Below, piece by piece: positions 50,835 through 63,437 of a stretch of DNA of 64,000 nt. A model generated the notes under the pieces. It made no database searches. It was not told the DNA's origin and worked only from the letters and a program-made list of their open reading frames with translations. The first letter of the stretch is position 1. The number at the start of each line of letters is the position of its first letter. Origin of the DNA: Blepharisma stoltei ATCC 30299 (Eukaryota; Protista; Ciliophora); the NCBI GenBank assembly GCA_965603825.1, contig CBFDEM010000048.1, forward strand, positions 62,001 through 126,000, read 5' to 3'. The translations under genes were made by a program, and so were the position numbers.

Positions 50835-51709
50835 CACAAGACTAACTTATTTAAAATTAAAAAAGCTGAATTTTTAAGGGATTTTTAAATTCCCTCTATT
50901 GAAATACAAAATGTTTTTATTATTATTTTATATTCGACGAGTATTCAGTAAGGTCTTTTTTAAATTTTATCCTTTGGATTTATCAAATTGCTAAAAATAA
51001 TCATTAAAAGTAAAAAAATTTGAGCATTATACGAGCTAAATAGTAGACTAAGTATATTAGTAATTACATTTAACTTATAAGGCTTATTAAATAATAAAAA
51101 TTTTAAGATTTACAAAATTGTAAAATTCTTCATTAAGCTGGCTTGCTAAGATAGGCTAAAATTTTTTGCAAAATGGATTATGGTATTTAAAACCTTTCTT
51201 AATATTATAGCTTTAATTATGAAACTGGAATTTTGAATAATAAATAAAACCAAAAAATTGATAAAAAAATATTAGATTGCTTTATAAGTAAGATTTTTTA
51301 CTGGGCTGTAAAAATTATCGTTTATTGAAATTTCATGTAATCGAAAAATATGGAGATTTTACGATAGCATCAAAAAAAAAGGCGAAAGTATCGCACAAGA
51401 ATGAAGTAAAAAATTGCAATACAGGCGTTGCTTTAGAAAATTTGGTTTCAGACTTAATTTAGCAATATTTCACATAGAATTTGAATTTTGATTAGCAGGG
51501 CAAAGATAATAGGGCGCAACAGAAGCAGGTGAAATCTTAAATAAATTTTAGAGATAAGTGCTTCTTAGCAATGATAGCCTATAGTTTATTAGTAATAATA
51601 AATATATAATCATTTTAAGAGTCTTATGCTGCTTAGATTTTATACTAAAATTTTCCATTTGTAAATTCCAGATAATTCCATTAAGTTACAAAATTTTGGT
51701 GGCAATAAA

Positions 51710-51994
51710 ATGGGTTCATGCTACAATACAAATAGAAGGAAGACAAGTGCTTATGCTTTAAAAGAACTTTCTGATTATGAGAAGCTAAAGTTGAACTCAC
51801 GGCACCGATTCTGAAGCAATAAAGCTCAGACGGCTCCAGAATTAAAGCTAAGCGAAAATCCTTTGCTTTTAAGAAGAAAGCTTCGATATCAAGAAAGTCA
51901 ACAGACTCAATGCAGTCAGATGGACTTAATGTCTCCTTCAATATCTTCCCAATATCTCACTGGATCATTGAGTCCAGAATTATTAAATTATTAA
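51710..51994 (+). CDS. MGxC acylated microprotein, member D (94 aa)
   Basis: Not in the ORF track. MGSCY...YEKLKL...F-W(TGA)-SNKAQTAPELKLSENPLLLRR. Confidence 0.8.
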
Positions 51995-52328
51995 TTTAAA
52001 CCTTTGTAAGTAATCTATCCAGTTTCACCTTAGGTAAAATTCCAGCTTAGATATAAAAAGGGTTTTAAAAAATTTATTGGTCTCCTGGACTATTGGCTTA
52101 ATTTCTAAAAATGTCCTATTAAGTCTTAAAATTGAAATATAGTTGCAATATATGAATATTAAATTTCGATCAATATACTTCATAGCTCGTCTGTAATTTT
52201 AGTTAAATTGCAAAACCATCAAAGTTTTTAAAATTATCAACTTAGGTTTGGAGAAAAAATATACAGATCATCATTTTAAAAATTCAATTCTTAATCCCTT
52301 ATTACCCCCCTCATCTATGAATAATAAT

Positions 52329-52409
52329 ATGAGGGACAAGTGGAGGAAGAAAAGGATGAGACGTCTCAAAAGAAAGCGACGAAAGATAATGCAAAAGGCT
52401 AGCCCTTAG
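52329..52409 (+). CDS. RPL41: Ribosomal protein eL41/eS32, 26 aa
   Basis: Translation MRDKWRKKRMRRLKRKRRKIMQKASP* matches the RPL41 consensus. An in-frame upstream ATG at 52317 could add MNNN. Confidence 0.9.
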   Translation: MRDKWRKKRMRRLKRKRRKIMQKASP

Positions 52410-53111
52410 CGAATTTCACAGAGTAAGATCTAATTAATTTTGCTGATAGATATAGATTGAACCATTGAAAAGCTAGAGAGTTGACTAGGCTTATGTTGAA
52501 ATCCACATGCTGTAATCAGAGAAATAATAAACCATTTTAAATTCCTAAAGAACTTTTCCACATTGTTTATGGATCTAATCCCTAAAACATTTATAGTTAC
52601 TTAAGACAGAATGAATTAATCTAATAGAATCCATGATTTCATTTGCTGAATCTGCCTTATTCTTGGTTCAAAAAGCTTCTCAAATTTTTTTAAAAAGCAA
52701 CTCTTTTAGAAAGATAACAGTAAAAATTCAAAGCTTACATCATAATAATTAATATTTTTAACAAAACAAGCAAATGCACTGTTAAATTGAATTCAATTAT
52801 TTTTTATTATCTCCTAAACTTTTTATTAATATTTTAGTTTTGCGGATAGCCAGTGTAGGGATGTAAATAAAAAAAGGTACAGCTTCTTCATCATACCTTA
52901 TAAAATTTAGGGATGATCTTTTCATACTGCATTAAAAAAAGCTCTTAGCTTTACACAAATTGGAGCTAAATGGAAAGCTGGCTTTTACACTATAAAATGG
53001 CATACAATATATAAGCTCATGATGAAAAAATTCTATATGATAAAAGTTTAAATTAATCCAAAAAAATCCAATCAGACGCATATATATTTAAGAAATATTC
53101 ACGAGTTAAGA

Positions 53112-54098
53112 TTAAGGATAAATAATTTTTTGCCTATTTTCCATATATCTCTGGGTCAATATCGTCCTCCCATCAATTCCTTCACTAATAACTTTTTCTG
53201 TATCATTTTTTCCAAGCTGCACCTCCCACTCCAAATTTGTTTGATTAAAATCAAGAGGCACTATTCCGCCTGGCATATTTACGCTTGGGAAAACTACATA
53301 TCTGTAATTCACGTCTGGCCAAGCTGCCATTGCATTATAATAAAACCACATTTGGCCATCATATCCATTGATATCATGAACGCGCTTGAGGACATCTAAA
53401 GTAGTCATATTAGTTTCTGGTGGAAGTGTATAAGGCATGCAGTCAAATATTAAGTCTACTGTAATTTGTGATTGGCTTGGGACTACATCAAGACATCTTT
53501 CTACAGCTGCAAAAACGTCTTGATTTATCATAACACCGCCATCAACCCATGTGCTTCCTTGAAAATTAACTGGTGGGAAATACCATGGAGGGCATGCTGA
53601 ACATGTAATCGCTGTAAGTAAGCCTTCAAGCCCTAAAGATTCATTGAATTGGCCATATATACCTGTATCTAAATTGGTTGAGCCGACTGTAACATTTCGA
53701 TTAACCCCATATATGTATTTTTGATGCAAGGTGTTTACAAGAGGCTTGGTATTGTACAAGCCTCGTTGGAATAAAATTCCTTCAAGAAGGCCACCTTCCC
53801 ATTCAACATAAACGCTCGATGAGCCGTTAAGTGTAAGCCAAGTATTTACTAAAAAGTCTGCCATGGCTTTTTCATTGCCAGGCTTGAATTGGGCTACACC
53901 TCCTGCATTGAGTGCTCCAGTTGAAACTCCGGTTACGACATCTCATGAGATATTGACTGGAGCTGTATAAGCAATTTGCCAAAGAGACCCTGCTTCGAAT
54001 GCCCCATAACTTCCGCCACCTTCTAAAGAAACTGCATAACAGTGAGGATCTGCATAAGCTAGAGAAAGAAAAGAAATTAATATCCCGAGTATTGCCAT
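53112..54098 (-). CDS. Secreted patatin-like phospholipase, 328 aa
   Basis: Signal peptide, oxyanion motif LEGGGSYGA, nucleophile GVSTG and catalytic DGG. One TGA=Trp lies upstream of the track ORF. Confidence 0.9.
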
Positions 54099-54436
54099 TA
54101 TTTCTCCAGGTACAAATATTTGTATTAGATGAGCAATACTCTAATGAATAATGTGTGAAGTAAAAATTTTAGTTATTGATGAGAAATTAAATTAAAAATT
54201 TTTAAATTTCGATGCCAATTAGAGATTTATAAACTAAATATTTGAAATTGTGGAAAAAATTGAAAAGTTTTGCTTAAATACTTAATTAAATTGATTTTTT
54301 ATAAGTTCGCCATGTGATTGGAGGACTAAAAGATGGAATCAATATTTTATGAGTATTTTCATAATTAAAATTTCTTCAAATGTATAGATTAGACTTCATA
54401 TGCATAATAATCAGTCAAATGAATTTTAAATAAATA

Positions 54437-54676
54437 ATGGGATCTTGCTGTGGGTCAAATAATACAAAAATTGCTCCATCTAAAAATGATCAAAATACTA
54501 GCACAGCAGGAAAGCGAAGGTCAAGCAAGCTGCAAAAGTGATTGAAAAAGATGAAAATAGTTCCAAAGCTTCATAAAGCTCAAGATAATCCTTTGTTTAT
54601 AAGAAGGAAAATTTCAAAAAATAAAGATTTTAAACTAGATGATTTAGTAGACGTGCATTACGTCTCAACAAATTAA
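54437..54676 (+). CDS. MGxC acylated microprotein, member E (79 aa)
   Basis: Not in the ORF track. MGSCC...QK-W(TGA)-LKKMKIVPKLHKAQDNPLFIRR. Confidence 0.75.
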
Positions 54677-56100
54677 TGTTAATTATTTCAAAATTTCAAG
54701 ATTATTTGATTTTAATTTTTGTTTTGAGGAGTATTTTTGAATTTAAGCAAAATTAAGCGATTAATTATGGCTTTTAAAAAAATATAAATGAAGAGTTCTA
54801 TTTGTCACTTTTTATTTGCTTGATTTCATTTAATTTTTATCAGAGCCCATGCTATGCAAAAAGTGATTATTGAAACACTTAATTTATAGTTATTCCAAGG
54901 CTTTCAGTATTATAAAGTCTTGATATCTCCTTTCTGATATTGTGAGAAATTCTAAAATTTATCAAGGGCACTCTAATTTATGATGAATAGGCAACTAAAA
55001 TACTCTTTAAACCATATTTTTTGGCTAACCAAATTTCTCCATAGTAGCTATAGAATCTAAAAATGTATCTGATATTGGAACCAAATAATATTTTTCTTCG
55101 GTGATCCAGTTATCTTTAATTTCCTATCTCAAAATGAATTATCAATATTGAAACTTTTAAGCTCTTTTCAGATTAAATTTTGCATTAAGCTGAAATCAGG
55201 TAATACACAAATAAAGCAGAGACATAGTGCTCCTATCAGTGCCATATTTTAAATATATATATAAAATTACAGCTTAATGAAGTATAGCTTGTTCAATTTT
55301 AGCATAGTAGCTTCAACTGATTTTTGAGCTTTATTTTGTCTAGCAAAAAGATTGTGCCTTCATTCTACATAAAATTATTATCATTTGCAATTGTACAAGA
55401 CTGTATTCTTTTGTAACTCTAAAACTATAACACAAAAGGCATAATCACAGCATTATTATTTACATACTTCAGAAAATTATTCTTTTTATCAAATAATAAG
55501 CCAAGTATAAATCTTATTTTTCAATTATTTGGCATCATCCAACAGGAGAAAAATCATCATAGCATTAACTTTTTAAGGCTAAATCGAGGCTTGCAGTCTT
55601 AAAAAAATTGCTGATTTACCAGAAAGCAATAAAAATAATTGTATTAGTCAATTTGGTTAGTGTAAAAATGCCTATTCAATTAGCTAAAGCTATTTTAAAA
55701 GAAAGCTTTCAATTTTTATTTTATTCGGATTATAGACAATAAGAAGAGGCCATTAAACTTCAAGTAAGTTAACTACTTATCACCTTAATAATATTTTCAA
55801 TCAACATTTAAAGTTCCTCGAGTAAATACAAATAATAAAATTATGTTTTCTTCAACTAAATTTAGCGATAGTTTGATATCATATTTTCAACTTAGGGTCA
55901 AGAAATTTAAATCTAATAAATATTTAATTAAAAATATGTTTCAATATCAGTTGCAAATTTTTATTGCTAAAGACTCAATCTCCTCTTCCCTTTCATTTTT
56001 CTTTTGGAAATTTCTTCTTAGTTAAATGATTTTTATAAATACCTCTGAACGACATTTAATATCATGGAAAATCATTGGATTTTAAATAAAAGCAAAAAGA

Positions 56101-56373
56101 ATGGGTTCATGCTGTGCCACTGAAAAGGGCAAGGTTTTACCTTATGTTTTAGATGTCCATGTGCAATGCACACCTTGCGATAATACCAAGCAAGAAATTA
56201 AAAAGAAGATGTGGGTCCAAAAAGCCAAAAATGCACCAAAACTTAATATCAATTCTAACCCTCTATATAAAAAGAGGATGAGTGAAAATCTTACCAGGAG
56301 CAGTCGGACAAGCTTAATATCTAATGAAAGAGCTTCGAGGACGGCTTCTTGCTCGCTGTTATATGGGTTCTAG
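56101..56373 (+). CDS. MGxC acylated microprotein, member F (90 aa)
   Basis: MGSCC...MWVQKAKNAPKLNINSNPLYKKR. Confidence 0.82.
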   Translation: MGSCCATEKGKVLPYVLDVHVQCTPCDNTKQEIKKKMWVQKAKNAPKLNINSNPLYKKRMSENLTRSSRTSLISNERASRTASCSLLYGF

Positions 56374-57383
56374 TGTACAATGTTTAATGTAACTAATTTT
56401 CAGATATTTAAATTAAACTTGTGACCTCTCGTTTGTGATTTCATTGAAAAGATCCAAGTATTATAAATAGACCATGAATTCCATTTACAAAACAGAAAAC
56501 CCAAACCCCAAGCATAACGATTCAAGGATTATGCTTTAGAGGAATAGGAAAAACGTCATAAAAATAAATATAGTAATAATATGATGATTAATGCCCAGGC
56601 TTGAGGGGAGAAAAATTATTAATATGAATAGTTCATAAAATTAAGCTATGAGTTATACTGAATTTAGATTAAAAGATTGCTAGACTCCTTTTATAGAGAG
56701 AATCTTTTACTTATAGTTTTGTTCAGTATCCTCCGTAAAAATGGCTTTAAAGTTGACAAGCCTATGCATTTTATAATTTAAGTCGAAATTATGATTAATA
56801 TAATTAATTTCGAAAAATTAATAGTTTGCTTATATTCGCATCAGCAAGTTTAGCTGTGCAGACTATTTTTGGATTGGGATAGTTAATTGTCTCCCAATTG
56901 AAGTTATTAATCTACTTTAATATCATTATTTATAACTCTTCAGCTATCATTTATTTAATTACTCAACCCAAAGAACATCCAGCATTCAAAAACTTACGTT
57001 TATGAGAAGATATGCAAAGTTTTGGATGCTAAGCGATCTATTTAGCTTGTGTCTTTTGTTATAATTAATCCAAAAAATTATCGCTTAAAGGTTATGAATA
57101 GTTTAGACTCTTTGAAATATCTTTATAGCACATTTAAATATAGAAAGCTTCAAGATTTATTATCCTATTATGGATTTCATCAAGCTTCTCCTTGGTTTCG
57201 CCATTTATATTATTCATATGATAAGCCTGATACAAAGACCAGGCTCTTTTTTTAAAATTTCTCAAAGTCCTGTGCTTCCTAGCTATTCATTTCCAAATTT
57301 TTAAGCTTGTCTATTATATTAGGTATTTCTCATTAGTCATAACAAACTTTAAAAGTTATTTAAAATTAGAAATAAAAATAATT

Positions 57384-58451
57384 TTATAAATTCATGTCAA
57401 CAACCAACTGTGGGCCAAGAGAAGCTCCAATAATCTCAATATTTTTCTCATTCGCAAAATGTCCAGGCCAATAATGGCATGAAGGAACTTCATCAGGAAG
57501 TAGTCCCAGCGATTTATAAGCTGACGCAATCAATTCAGAACAAAAAAAGTTCTTTTCATGCCCAGGCTTTAAATTTTCTCTCTTTTTGAATATTTTTTGT
57601 GGAGTAATTTTGTATCCTTTTCCTTTCACTTTATCAACAAAATCACTTAAAATGTCAAGCATTTTTTGATCCCTTTCTATGTTTAATTTTCTATATACAA
57701 TTCTTGAGTACAATAAGTGTCAATTATACATTAAAAAATCGTCCCAAAATACTATACCGACTCCGTCAAGCCCTGTAGCTTCTAATAGCCCAATCTTGCC
57801 TGAAGAATAACATAGAAGCATTGCAACGTGGTCAAATTTGCTTCGAGTGAGGACTCTTTGCACTTTCGCTGCAATATTTTTGCTTCTAAACAATAAAATA
57901 TCACCCGTTGAAGCTGATTGCCTGAACTGGGCGTCAGAAATCCTGTCAAATTTTCAAAATTCTTTCTTTTGGTTTAAAGTAGCCAAATCCTTCTTTTTGC
58001 CTTCTGACGAATTTATATGAAAATGTAAAGCAAAAGCCCAGTCTGCGAGCTCTTGGGAAGATTTTGCTTTAAGTTCAAGAATCCGTTTTGATCCTAATGG
58101 GAGGATTATTATCGAGCTTGGGCTAGTTGGGTTTATAACTTGTACGTCAACTGTAACTAAATCAAAGTTTATTACGAATGCAGGCTGGTTATCAGTGCTT
58201 TTTCTGTAGTAATATAGTTTTTTGTCCTGCAACACGAAATATCTTCATTGCCAATGATGAAACAGATTTTTTGACCTTTTCTTTAATCAGCCGTCTTTTC
58301 GAGAAAGGTCTGCAGAGGCTGCAAAAGTATTGAATGAAATGTTAGCTTTATTATTTTTAGGAGGGCTTGTATAGGAAAAGCGTCTTTTAGGAGGGTTCTC
58401 AGTGTCAAATAAGGGGAAAGGCTGAAATTCAGATCCAGTTTTGATTGCCAT
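57384..58451 (-). CDS. PH domain fused to permuted papain-like NlpC/P60 (YiiX/YaeF-like) domain, 355 aa
   Basis: PH part: DG-W(TGA)-LKKRS...W.WRYFVL...LKAKSSQELADW. Enzyme part: GDILLF, FDHVAM, LLEAT, FFCSELIASAY, with His preceding Cys. Confidence 0.83.
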
Positions 58452-58961
58452 TTATAGGTGGATTGTTTATAGGAATGAGAGAATTTAATAGTTTTGGAAG
58501 TATTTGGAGGAATATAATCAAAGAAATATAATGATAAATGATTAGGGGTGAGCTATGCTAAAAAGAGACTGAAAAAAAATAAAGGAGCTAATTTTTGATT
58601 TAATCTAGAAAAATATTGTAGCAAAATGAAATGGTATGGTTAAATAATTTAGGCTATCACCATCTGAATCGAAGCAAAAGTATATATATTTCAAAAACAG
58701 CAGACGTATGATGTTGAGAAATTATTTCTGGCAGGCTTATAAAATAGCATTTTTTAAATGGAAAATGCATATAAATATGCATTCTAATTATTAGCTTGCT
58801 TAGCTGAAAAGATCGAAATCATAATAAAGGTTGATAAACTAAAAATAAGTATAAAAAACTTATTTTTGGGAAACATTTTTTGGACTAAATCACTCGTTTA
58901 TTTAAGGTTTAAAACAAATAAATCAAAACTTTATCTTAAATAATGAGTTTATTTTTATAAA

Positions 58962-61106
58962 TTAAATATTAGTTTCTTCTGCATTCACTTTTGTCATTAA
59001 ATCTTTTCTATGTGCTGGCAAGTTGACATCTTGGAATCTCTTAATGAGGGCATCGTATTTTAAAAGCCTCGTTTTCGTTAGTTTCTCTTCATCCTGCTGT
59101 GGGTAGTTTCTATGCAGGGCACTAATATCCTCTAATCGGTGCTGTAAAGTTTGATATGCTCTTGATGGTGGCAAAAACATTAAAATCGCATACAATGCTC
59201 TCAGCAAAAATGGATGCTTATAATATTCCAGCATTTGCATTCTTAGATCTGCATATTTCTTACGAACAAAAATAGGAGAGTCTAACAATTGTACAAGCCT
59301 AGCAAGTTGCTTTAATAGAGAAGGGTCAATATTACAGAGCGATCTAAATTACAATTACAAAATATGCAGCATCTCATACGCTAGTTTATAAGCCTGCACC
59401 AATAATGCCAATGTAAGGGTGGACCCAGGGTTAACTGACCACGTCTTAAACAAAATTTCAAAAAATTCAATGCAATTTGAGTCTTCAGTCTCTAAGCAGT
59501 GCTTTAGTTTTTCTCTTGGGATTTCGAATTCTTGGTCAGTTAGCAACAGATCACTTAAAACTTCTACCATTTTTATAGTAAATTCTTTATTAGCGTCCTC
59601 ACACAAAAGTTCAGCAAAGCTTCTATATACCGTTTCAGTTCCAAGCTCAATGCAAATTGTTTTCACAATTGTGGAGCCATTGGTTTCCATAAGGCTCATT
59701 TTTTCTGAAAATAAGCGTAAAATGCAGCTCATGACAAGATTAAAGTAGCCTTTATATCGAGCAATTTTGCATAAAATAAGCAAAGCTTGGTTTATAATGG
59801 ACTCTTCAGGGTCAAGCAGTCTTGAAGGCAAGGTGTCCATTAAAATGTCGAGAGATGACTCAATTGATTCATTGCTGATCGTTTGCAAGGTAATTATCCA
59901 TTCAAGCACTGCAATTCTAGTCCTTTTAGACTGGTGGTCAATTTTCGACACTAAAACACTTACAAGTCCATCGAAATTTAACGATGGCCCGCTTTCAGAA
60001 TTAAAAAACTTACAAAGTTCCATCAGTTTTGAATTGGTTTTTTCACCTTTTTCCACTATAAAGTTCTCAGAATCTGATAAACATTGTAAAACTGCTTTCA
60101 GGGCGTTAGGAAACTGCTGGACAAGGCTGTTTTTCCCTTTCTCTAGCAGTTCATAAATCCACGTAATTGCTTCACTTCTTACAACTGTGTTTTCATCTTT
60201 TACCATCTTTACCATTGCTTCAATTACAAAGCACGAAAATGCGACATCTCCTTGTGAAATTTGCTGTTTGATTTCTTCTAGTACATCTTTTAAAAAATTA
60301 TAAACAGCCTGTTGGACTTCTTTTATATGACTTTTTAGCATCATGAATAACCCTTCAATAAAATTTGATAAATACTCTAATAAATTGAAGTTAGGTATTG
60401 AGTCAAGCACCCCAAGTCACGACACCAGCATCTGCTGGACATTTGGGTTCCCAGCCCCTGACACCATTTCACTCATGACGCCCATGAACTTGTCTGAATT
60501 AAAAACCGAGCTGTCTGCTTCACATTCAACTAAAATTGTCTTCAATAAACTGTCAAGCTTCTCTGCAGCTCGCTTTACTTCAAGGTCTACATCTGCAAAT
60601 AAATCAATCATAGACTTAAATACATCTGAAAACAGGGGTAAAACCTTTTGACGGCAAACTTTTACTATATTATACATAGACTCTATTGCATAGTAACGGA
60701 CTTTGGAGTCAGAATCTCTGCAGCACCAAATCACAGGACCAATCAGGTCTGGAATATAAGTGTCAGCTTCTTTGTCAGCTGCAAGGGATGATGCAATTGC
60801 AGAATAAGCCATCAAGCCGGCTTTACGAAAGACGTCATTGATGGAGTTTAAGTATTCTTGACGGAAAAATTCTATTGCAGATTTGATGCTGGCGAAGTTT
60901 GAAGAGTCGACTTGCTGCTTGAAAATTTTTTGAAGTTCGTGGCCTGCTTGTTTTCTCTTTTCATAATTTTTGTCAATTAGGTCACGAAGCACAAAATTGG
61001 GAAGGTCACGCTTGAGATCGTCATTTAGTTGGGTTGTGTAGGTAAGTCGCTGGTTGTAGGAGTTAGTTGAAAATTCTGACTGAGATCTCTCGTTCCGATA
61101 TTCCAT
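58962..61106 (-). CDS. VAC14: VAC14 scaffold of the PIKfyve/Fab1-FIG4 complex, ~709 aa
   Basis: LIDKNYEKRKQAG, DSDSKVRYYAIESMYN, AAEKLDSLLK and LVQLLDSPIF...LRMQML...LYAILMFLP. It has one TGA=Trp and one 15-nt intron. Confidence 0.93.
59344..59358 (-). other. 15-nt intron GTAATTGTAATTTAG
   Basis: Removes the in-frame TAA stops between ORFs 59355-60410 and 58962-59288. A at position 10. Confidence 0.88.
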
Positions 61107-61397
61107 AGTTAATATTAATGTGAAAGTGAAGGGCAAAAAGCAAGTATCAGACATTAGATATTGCTTGATAAAGTATGATTATTATAATAATTTCGAATTT
61201 TTGAAGTATTATTTAGAAACAATTATGAGATAATTAGCCTTAGAAATCTAGAAGGTTTTTATAAACTGCATTGCAACTTGAACAATAAGCTGAACAATTC
61301 TATTATATAAATTTGGCTTAAGTCATCTTTTGCACAATACACAGAATTTTCATTATTTTCTCTTTGAATTCTAATAATTTTAGATAAATTATAAAAA

Positions 61398-61922
61398 ATG
61401 CTCCGCAGAGCAACCCTTAAACTCTTTAAACTCACTCGTGGCCCAAAAAAGGGTAAAGGAGGTTCCAAAGAAGAAGTAAAAATTGAACTCACCACAGACA
61501 TTATCAACATTTTCAAAGATCGCTCTGATCCTGAAATCAAGCCTATAAGCGAATATCCTCCATGGCTTGCGCAGCTTGCTAAGCCTATTCCTCATCCCTT
61601 ACATGTCGGCATCAAACTGTATAGAGGCGAAAAATACCCTATGGAGCCAAGAGAAGCCAGAAGACTTACGAAATGGCAAAGAAAAATGAAAATCAAGACC
61701 TGAAATGAAGAATACATTCGCCCAATCGCAAATGACACCTCTCTCGAGCACAAATGGGGCGTACAATTGCCAGGTGGAGAACAATCTGATGAAAATGCTG
61801 ACGACGCTCTAGCACCTTTCTTTAACTTATCCTTAGGATCTGACTGGAAAGCTGAAGTCCAAGAGGAAATAGAAAGACTCAAGCTAAACATAGGACATCT
61901 CAAAGATAAGCAGCTAGGCTAA
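61398..61922 (+). CDS. Mitochondrial ribosomal protein mL54-like, 174 aa
   Basis: Arg-rich targeting-like N-terminus and INIFKDRSDPEIKPISEYPPWL (mL54/L37 motif). Extends through TGA 61701 to TAA 61920-61922. Confidence 0.72.
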
Positions 61923-61935
61923 CTAACTAATTATT

Positions 61936-62535
61936 ATGAAAAAAGATGGGAAAGTTGTGATGCCAACTGTAAAATTCAATGAGAAAGATAAACCTGTGCC
62001 AACATATTGCAGAAAAACATATGAGATGACCAGTGAGATTTTGAAGGAAATGAGAGGACAAATAAAGAGGTATAGAGAGATTGGAGGGAAAAAGAAGAGT
62101 TTTGAAGGGGGAAAGACTTGGTGGGCAAATCAAACTTCGCCATTGCCAAGCAAGCTATATGATGGCAATGAAAGTATAACAGCTTCGCCAAGAATATGCC
62201 GCTTAGAGATAGAAAAGCCAAAAAATGCAAGGATTGTGGGATTTGAGGAGAAAATGATACAGATGAAATCAGAATGGACTGAGACTGCTGATTTGGATAA
62301 GCCAAAAATTGTTGCGTTGAGACCTAAGACACCAAGTTTACATCAAAAAAGAAAGGGTAGAATTAAAAAACAAAGGTCTCTTTCAAGCACTCCTAATCAG
62401 AAGAAAAAGGAAACAGCTCATTTGATATATCATAAGCATAGACTAATAAAAAGAAGACTTTCTTCAGACATCACTCAAGAAGGAATTTTTGATATATCAG
62501 AAATTTTGAATATAACAAATGGGAAAATTAAATAG
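61936..62535 (+). CDS. Hypothetical basic protein, 199 aa
   Basis: Uninterrupted ATG-TAG ORF with coding-like composition; no motif recognised. Confidence 0.6.
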   Translation: MKKDGKVVMPTVKFNEKDKPVPTYCRKTYEMTSEILKEMRGQIKRYREIGGKKKSFEGGKTWWANQTSPLPSKLYDGNESITASPRICRLEIEKPKNARIVGFEEKMIQMKSEWTETADLDKPKIVALRPKTPSLHQKRKGRIKKQRSLSSTPNQKKKETAHLIYHKHRLIKRRLSSDITQEGIFDISEILNITNGKIK

Positions 62536-62663
62536 CCTATGTAGTCCTATATTATGAGTCAAAATTAACTGCTGCCATACTAATAATATTTTTAAGACAA
62601 TTCTTATCTAAGCAATGCTATTATTGATCTAATATTAAGAGAATGCACAATCAAAAAACTTAA

Positions 62664-63437
62664 CTAGTACAAGCTCTCTCTTTTTTGAATAATATATTCA
62701 ATATAAGGCTCCATTGGGTTTTTCATATCTGAAAGCTTTATATCTTTAATTTTCTGTCCTTTATTCGGCTCTCTAGAATATCCCCTTTCACTATTTTTCA
62801 CAGCACTTGTTTTCTTTACAAACTTTTTCATGTCTTCTTTAATTAAATCTCCTTTAGATTGATATTTCAATGAAGAACTTAACGGCCTGATTTTGCTTTC
62901 TGACACCAAGTATGAAACTACATTGGAGTTGATGATTTTTCTTTTAAACCTTTCTGACTTATCTTCGAGCTCTATAGAAACTAGTCTTGGAGATGAAATT
63001 TTGGCTTTAGGGATCAAAAGAGATGAAACTGAAGCTGAGAAAAAGTCCTTTTTTGGCATGTCTAAAGAATATGTACATTTGTTAGGGATCTCTGATACCT
63101 GTGCTCAAACCCTTTCAGAAATCGGAGCTACAAGGTGCCTTTGGAATGAATCCCTATTGCTGAGGAAAATTGGGTTTAAAATGTTGCTTGAATTATGACG
63201 AATCAGCTTTTGAGTTGGGCTGAATTTTCGCTTTATAGGAGGTGAGGAGTCTGAATTCGGCATTGATTTTCTGTGAGTTTTCTGTTTTTCTTGATGAAGG
63301 CTAGAATAAAGCTTAGACAAATCACTAGGTGCTGACGACTTCCAGAAGAGCTTGGCTTTTTGTTCTGGTTTTTCTGAAAGGACTCTTGTTGCAGATTTAG
63401 AATCATTAGAAAAGCGAGAGTGCAAAATAGTGCTCAT
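62664..63437 (-). CDS. Hypothetical Ser/Lys-rich protein, 257 aa
   Basis: ORFs 63105-63437 and 62664-63059 are in frame through TGA=Trp. Confidence 0.65.

Noticed and set aside
50525-51941. Minus-strand ORFs 50525-50839 and 51681-51941
   Set aside because: They are antisense shadows of microprotein members C and D, which carry the family motif on the + strand.
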